Assembly (NCBI GenBank): GCA_951406725.2
Contig: OX597815.1
Coordinates: 83,762,001 to 83,826,000 of the forward strand
Direction: 5' to 3'
Source: Octopus vulgaris
Taxonomy: Eukaryota
DNA length: 64,000 nucleotides
This document shows, piece after piece, positions 58,005 through 64,000 of the stretch; position 1 is the first letter of the stretch; each line of letters opens with the position of its first letter. The notes below the pieces were generated by a model. That model saw nothing but the letters and a program-made list of their open reading frames with translations. It did no database searches and was not told the origin of the DNA. The position numbers were made by a program, and so were the translations under genes.

Positions 58005-58738
58005 CTGCGTATACGATTATAGAAAATTTAATACTCCCACTCGCACAGACTTCACACACTGCGCATGTGTTTGTGTATGTATGTATGTATGTATGTATAC
58101 GTATGTTTTATATGGAATATAATACATACCAATATAGACGCACATCTACACTTACACACAGAACCACAGAGGGACACATAGACATGTTCAGGCGCAAACA
58201 CGCGAAACCATACACACATATAAATATGTTTGCGACGACATTATATTTGATAAGAGTCTAGAGTAATCTTTGGAAGTGGTGCAGTCACACAGATGTTTAC
58301 TGTTGGTCTATGGAGAAAATATTGCTAATCTTCCCAGAAAATATTAACATGAACAATAACAATATCTATAACAATTCTGTGCACTTTTGTCTGTACTTTT
58401 ATATAGCAAAACCTAATTTCTATGTTTCTTTCTATATTGTTATCCATAGGCATAGAAGTGTTATATATGTCTCTGTATGTATGTATGTATGTATGTATGT
58501 ATGTATGTATGTATGTGTGTATGTATGTATGTATGTATGTATAGAGAGAGAGGCAGAGAGATAAAAAGAGACAAAGAGAGACAAAGAGAGAGGGAGGGAG
58601 ACACAGAGATTATTCTTTCATTCTTTAACATCTTCTAGTCATCACACTGCGGCCATACTAGTTTTATGGACGTAAACACATCAACCCCAGTTCTCAAGCC
58701 GCGGTGTGGGACGAACAGACATATAGCACACACACACT

Positions 58739-58771
<33 letters not shown>

Positions 58772-58789
58772 GTATGTATATGTGTATAT

Positions 58790-60035
58790 AAGAAAAATAT
58801 AAAAGTACAAAAGGACCAAAATACTGGAGATTCAGTATACACCACGTGGCAAAATTATGAGTTGAAAATATGTGGGAAACACTTATAAAAAGTGGTAGAT
58901 TCCTTCGTTTCACATAGATTAATATCTTTTTATAAAGAAATTTTTTTTAATGCATAAATATTTTATGTATGTCGTGATATCCAACCGGTCTTCGTTATCT
59001 AAATTAGCTTTTCAACTTGACAAAGAAGTATGCGTCAAGGGAGGCAACAGGTGGCAAGGGGAGGGGGCTACTAACTCCTAAGTATAATTTTTGAAGTGGT
59101 CAAGGTTGTATTTCAAGGTGTGGTCTGTACTTTTTAACGAACATAATTTTCCTTGTTTAGACATTCTTGGTGACAGCTGGGATTTGGTGTTTGAGTTTTT
59201 GAGGGTGGGGTATGAGTCTTTTTGTTTTCCTCTTCTTCCTTTGGAGTTACTGATGATGGTGTTGGTTCTGTTTTTGGTGGCGCTGGAGGTGATGTTGCTT
59301 GGTTTGAATGGCTTGTGACCTGCTGATGTTCCTTCATTTGTTTGTAGATCTGTTTAATTAGTTGTGCATATGGCGGTGTGGGTAGTAGTTCTGGTTTTTT
59401 GCTCGCTTTTTGGTTTTCTTGTGGTCGTTGTTGTTTTTTGTGGTCTTGTTGTTGTCGTTGTTGTTATTGTTGTTTCTGTGCTAGTGCGCAGTTAGTTTTT
59501 AAGTGTGCTTTGCTACCACAAACGTAGCAACGTGGCTTTCTACTTTCGATAGCTACATGCAAGTTCGAATCCTCCATAATTTAGATTCGGTGGGGAAGTT
59601 TTTTCAAAATTCGCTGGATCGATTTGGGCAAGAATTTCGACTCCCTGGGCAATCTAGTTTTACTGGTCCAGGACAGCGATTTCCTATATATGAATTTCGT
59701 CCTTGATATCATAGCAAATGGCAGACACGAGTCATTTTATTTCAATTTCAGGGAGCACATTTTTAATTTTTATTTTTGTGACCCCTTGACCAAGGTATGT
59801 AGGGATCATGAGTAGATTTTCATGTTAAAAGGACCTTGTGGAAAGGTCCTTGTCTCGCTCTTTTGGCTCGCTCTTCGATCGTCGCAAAGCTGTTTCCCCT
59901 CATTATGTAGTCTTTAAAGGCCCACAGGAGCCTTAAACATTTCCCACATTTTCTTGAGTGACCGTTTCATGTACTTTTGTTTTCTCGTTGAGCGTTTTGT
60001 AAATTATTGTTTTTTTTTTCTTTTGAGATTTTTTA
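58790..60035 (-). mobile_element. Decayed gag/ORF1-like gene with a CCHC zinc knuckle, followed by a pLTR-like tail
   Basis: KTIIYKTLNEK...LMIPTYLG...KIKIKNVLPEIEI...LHVAIESRKPR-CYVCGSKAHLKTNC (CX2CX4HX4C at 59488-59529), then a Pro/Thr/Lys-rich tail. Confidence 0.7.
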
Positions 60036-60760
60036 TGGGTGACAACACATGTTGTGGTTGATGGAGTCCACTCAAGCCCAGCAAAAATCACCAGTGGTGT
60101 CCCTCAGGAGACTGTCTTAGGCCTGCTCCTCTTTATAATCTACATAAACGACCTTTCCAGCGTCGTAAATCACTGCAAAGTGAAAATATTTGCTGATGAC
60201 TCTAAGCTCCAGCAAATCATCAATGAAGAAGAAGATCGAACTTAACCCTAGTCTGATATATATGCGGTGAGTCAATGGGCAGACAAAAACAAAATGCAAC
60301 TAAACGAGGAAAATTTGAGCTGTCGCATTTTCGAAGAAAGACTACACTAAAACAGCCATATTCTCTTCCTTCAGGGGAACCGCTCACAGCATCTAATAAT
60401 ATAAGAGACCTAGGTGTAATTGTTGATAATAATAATCTCAGCTGGATTCCCCTATTCTCCACCTGCTACCCCCTGTGGTCTCCGCATACAAAACAAAACA
60501 TCTCGAAAATTGAATCGCCCCAGAGGGCACTCACTAAACGAATTAAAGGCAAGATTGATCTCGATTAGTGGGACCACCTTAAAACCTTGAAACTCTACTC
60601 TCTCTAGTGCCGCAGCGAGAGTTACATCATTTGCACGATGTGGAGAATATACCAGCAGAATTGCCCAAACGATCTGAACATTAGCTTCAAGGTTCATCCA
60701 AGGCAGGGACCACGGGCCATATGTCCCCTGCCCAATTCAGGATCACAACATATAGGGTCA
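60036..60760 (+). mobile_element. CR1-group (CR1/L2/Jockey-like) LINE RT fragment
   Basis: SGVPQETVLGLLLFIIYINDL, KIFADDSKL, IRDLGVIVD, PLWSPH...KIESPQRALTKRI and WDHLKTLKLYSL. Confidence 0.88.
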
Positions 60761-60761
60761 T

Positions 60762-63760
60762 GATGAGTTTCTGTGTTTGTAGAATGTGATTCATCTTTGG
60801 ATACCTAGTGAGCATTGGTAGATTTGGAATAGAGGTGTTATATACCTCATTGTTTCCAGGGTTGTGTGTCGATATATAGGGTATTATTTCGAGATGAGGT
60901 GTTGGAATCCGTTTTGTTTCGCTTAGTGCTTTGATGCCTATTTTCTTGGCACGCTTAATTCCATCGTCTATAAGTGAGAGTGGATAGTGTCTCTCGGCTA
61001 GTGTTTTTCTGAGGTTTGAAGTCGAAAGTCCCGAGTATTTGCAAAATACATTTTCGCTAATTTAACAGGAATATTTGTTTTGGTATGTTTCGGGTGGCAT
61101 GAACTAAACAGAATATATTCCTTCGACTTCGTTAGTTTATGGTAGATATCAATTTCTCTTTAGGTGTTGACATTATTTTTATGAATACATCTAGGAATGG
61201 GAGTTGTGTTTTGCTGTTCGCCATTACAAACTGAATATTTGTATTTATACTATTTAGTAATAATTTAAATTCGAAAAGTGCACCAATGGTATCATTCCAA
61301 AAAATGAGAAAGTTATCCATATATTTTTTCCAGTTCTCTCTTTTATGATGATATAATGGGTATCTATATTTTTGTAGAGATACTTCATATATGTTTAACT
61401 GTAAATATCCCGTTATTAGGTTCGCAAGAACTGAGGCTGCTTTCGTTATTATCGCAATTCCACATTTTTTCGGTAGTACGTGTCATCACATAAAACGTAA
61501 TTGTTCTGGAGGATAACTTTTAGAGTTTCAATAATAAAGTTAATACAAATCCTGGTTCATGCGTTCTGGAAGTTCTTCGCGATAATTTTCCAGCCACAAT
61601 TTGATTGCTTCTATTCCATAGATGTGTAGGATATTGGACTTTAAATTACCAACATCGAAGGAATCCATAATTGTCGCTTCACTAATTGTTTTTGATAAGT
61701 GGTTTAGCATATCTAGATCGATTCTAATGTAACTTTTGATGTATTTGAAAATAGATTTTAGTATGATATCTAGAAACTTGCTTAAATGGTGGGTTTCACA
61801 CGCTGGCCCATCTATAATCTTCTAGTACTTGGATAGTGAAGTATATGCCTGGTGATTACTTCCAGACTTCATTAATTATCTGGCTCTTGTGTACTTTAGG
61901 TACGCCGTAGAAAAGATTAGGTTTACATTTAAAATTAGTGATATAATCTATTTCTTTTTCTCTCAGACCCTTTCCTTGTAGATAATTTAAGGATGAAAGA
62001 TATTTCATTGTTTTTTGTTGTTTATACTTTTCAACTTTTTCGTACAAGGTATTGTTTTCTAACATGGAAAGTACTTGGTGCTTGTAGTATTCTGTGTCCA
62101 CGTGGACTATAGCACTTCCTCTGTCGGCTTCTTGGATTGTCAGATTTTTTGTTGTTTTTCAGCTCAATTAGATTTTCTTTTTCATTCTATATTGTTGAGG
62201 TTTGTATTCGCTTGTGCAAAGTATTCGGGGAAATTCAGGATATGGTCGCAGAAGTCATCTAGTATTTTATTCCTGCCTTTACGTGGAAGATAATTGACCA
62301 GTCATTCAACCTCGTTGTTGTAGTCATTTAAAGCTTCTCTAAATCGTAGTTTTCTGCAAAATTCCGTAGTATTACCATTAATTTCATTCTGATTCGTCCT
62401 GCGTGGGGTTGGGATAAAATGTAATCCTTTTGGAAGTATGTAGATTTTTGTTGCTAGGGAGATTTCTTAGATAAATTCATTAATCTGGGTTTCTCCTGTA
62501 TGTTTTGTTGCAACGTGTGAAACTGTTTCTCTGCACTGGATCTAAAAAAACCGTTTGCTGTAATTACGTTGATATAGACTTTTAGTGTTATTGATTATAT
62601 TTGAATTGTTGGGAGGCTGGGTTTGCTGTCTGGGTAAATTTGTTGGGATTACGTGGTTCGAGTTTCTTCGTTGAGGTTTAAATGTAGTCCACTGGACGTT
62701 TCTAATTCGTGGAGAAAAATTAGTATTCCTAACTCTGGGATGGTTTCTTCTAGTATTTCTTATTTGTGAGGTGTCCCTATTCGTAGTTTGAAAACGGTTT
62801 ATTTCCAAGTTTTATGTGCTGGCGTTTTTTTTTTTTCTTTGGATGTGTATAGTTTGATCTAATCGGTTGTTTACTCATTTCTATGTTTTCATTCTAGATT
62901 ATTTATCTGAACTGTACTCTCTTTTGAACTGAGTTTCATAACTGAAGGAAAATTAGTATTTTTTTCCCTACCGTTGAAGAGAATTTATTTCTTCAAATAT
63001 AGACCTTTCTTTTCATACTTTGAGAACACTTTCCAAGAGCTGTTCATCAGCACGCTTAGTGAATTCGATACGCATGTCTTCATCAATGGATTTATATTTC
63101 TGTTCGTTGGTCGATGCGCGTGGTTTAAGTATCTCAATTTCTGATTTCATTTTTTCTGCCGTTAATTTCTCCCTAAGTTATCTTTGCTGTTCGGGCTCTT
63201 CGGGGATTGGTTTGATTTGTAGTTTGCGTGGAAGAATTAACGGTGTTGAGTTCATCCATCGTTCGTGTATTTCTGCCTTATTATTATTTTCAATGATGCT
63301 CGAAAATGTAAATTTCCTAGCGTTTAGATTTTTGGTCCAAATACGGTTAATGCGGATTTAAATTAGATGTGCTGATCGGTATATTTTCATTGTATGCTTG
63401 GTAATTTGAGGATTTTTCTTTTTCAAAACTGTTTGCAAAATTAGGTGTAAGATTGTGCATAGTTGGTTTAAATTTTGACTAATCTTCTCTGTAACTTGCC
63501 TTCACTGTTCATTTTCAGTTGTTTCTCGGCTACATCAATTGTAATTTATCGATTTTGTTAATTAGTATGGCTAGACTTGAGCTAATTTCTTTTAATTCTT
63601 TCAGTATGTCCTTGTTGGTGATTTTATCCAGTGTGTTTGTGATTGACTTCGACATCATTTTCAGTTTCACGTGCAGTAAAAAGGAATTTCGTTGAAGAGA
63701 TTTTCCTCACGCAGTGAGTTGTAGTGAAAAAAAATATATAACAAAAGAAGTAAACTGCAC
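60762..63760 (-). mobile_element. Decayed Penelope-like element (long N-terminal region + RT), truncated before GIY-YIG
   Basis: NLSKK..KGLHFIPTP, MDTEYY, FYGVPKVHKS, THHLSKFLDIILK, SFDVG, MDNFLIFW (YIDD-like), QLPFLDV and SCHPKHTK; upstream ORF from an ATG at ~63658. Confidence 0.88.
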
Positions 63761-64000
63761 ACAATTTATATATATTTAATACATTTTAAAGGATGTAATA
63801 TTATGATATATATGAGAGAGAGAAAGAGGGAGAGACAGTGTATGTATGTGTGTGGTGTATCTCTGTGTGTGTATCACCCCCTCATGTATATATTTTATAT
63901 ATATATATATATATAGGTCCCGGGTTGAGTCGGGGTTAACCACAGTAAATAAGGTACTCAATACATACCGGATAAAATAATTTATTTTATAGAAGGAGCT

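Overview
This is AT-rich, microsatellite-dense eukaryotic DNA. The SINE families and repeat landscape resemble Octopus/coleoid cephalopod genomes (inference). Most ORFs in the supplied track are artefacts of (TA)n, (CATA)n and (GT)n repeats. Supported content: (i) decayed retroelements, namely R4/Dong-type REL LINE fragments, a CR1-group LINE fragment, three Penelope-like (PLE) RT or GIY-YIG fragments and a gag-like CCHC ORF; (ii) DNA transposons, namely a full-length decayed DD34E Tc1 with ~220-bp IR-DR TIRs, a full-length decayed Hsmar1-like DD34D mariner, a maT-like fragment and a non-autonomous Helitron; (iii) many tRNA-derived SINEs, some multimeric and flanked by TSDs; (iv) one credible minus-strand coding exon at 27-118 plus weaker exon candidates. 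The most notable signal is a set of sequence-unrelated short elements carrying type I hammerhead ribozyme (HHR) motifs with palindromic stem III. They sit beside (TA)n tracts, and several are arranged as inverted (hairpin) duplications. One family consistently shows a non-canonical CUGU core. All calls were made by eye; no database search was run.
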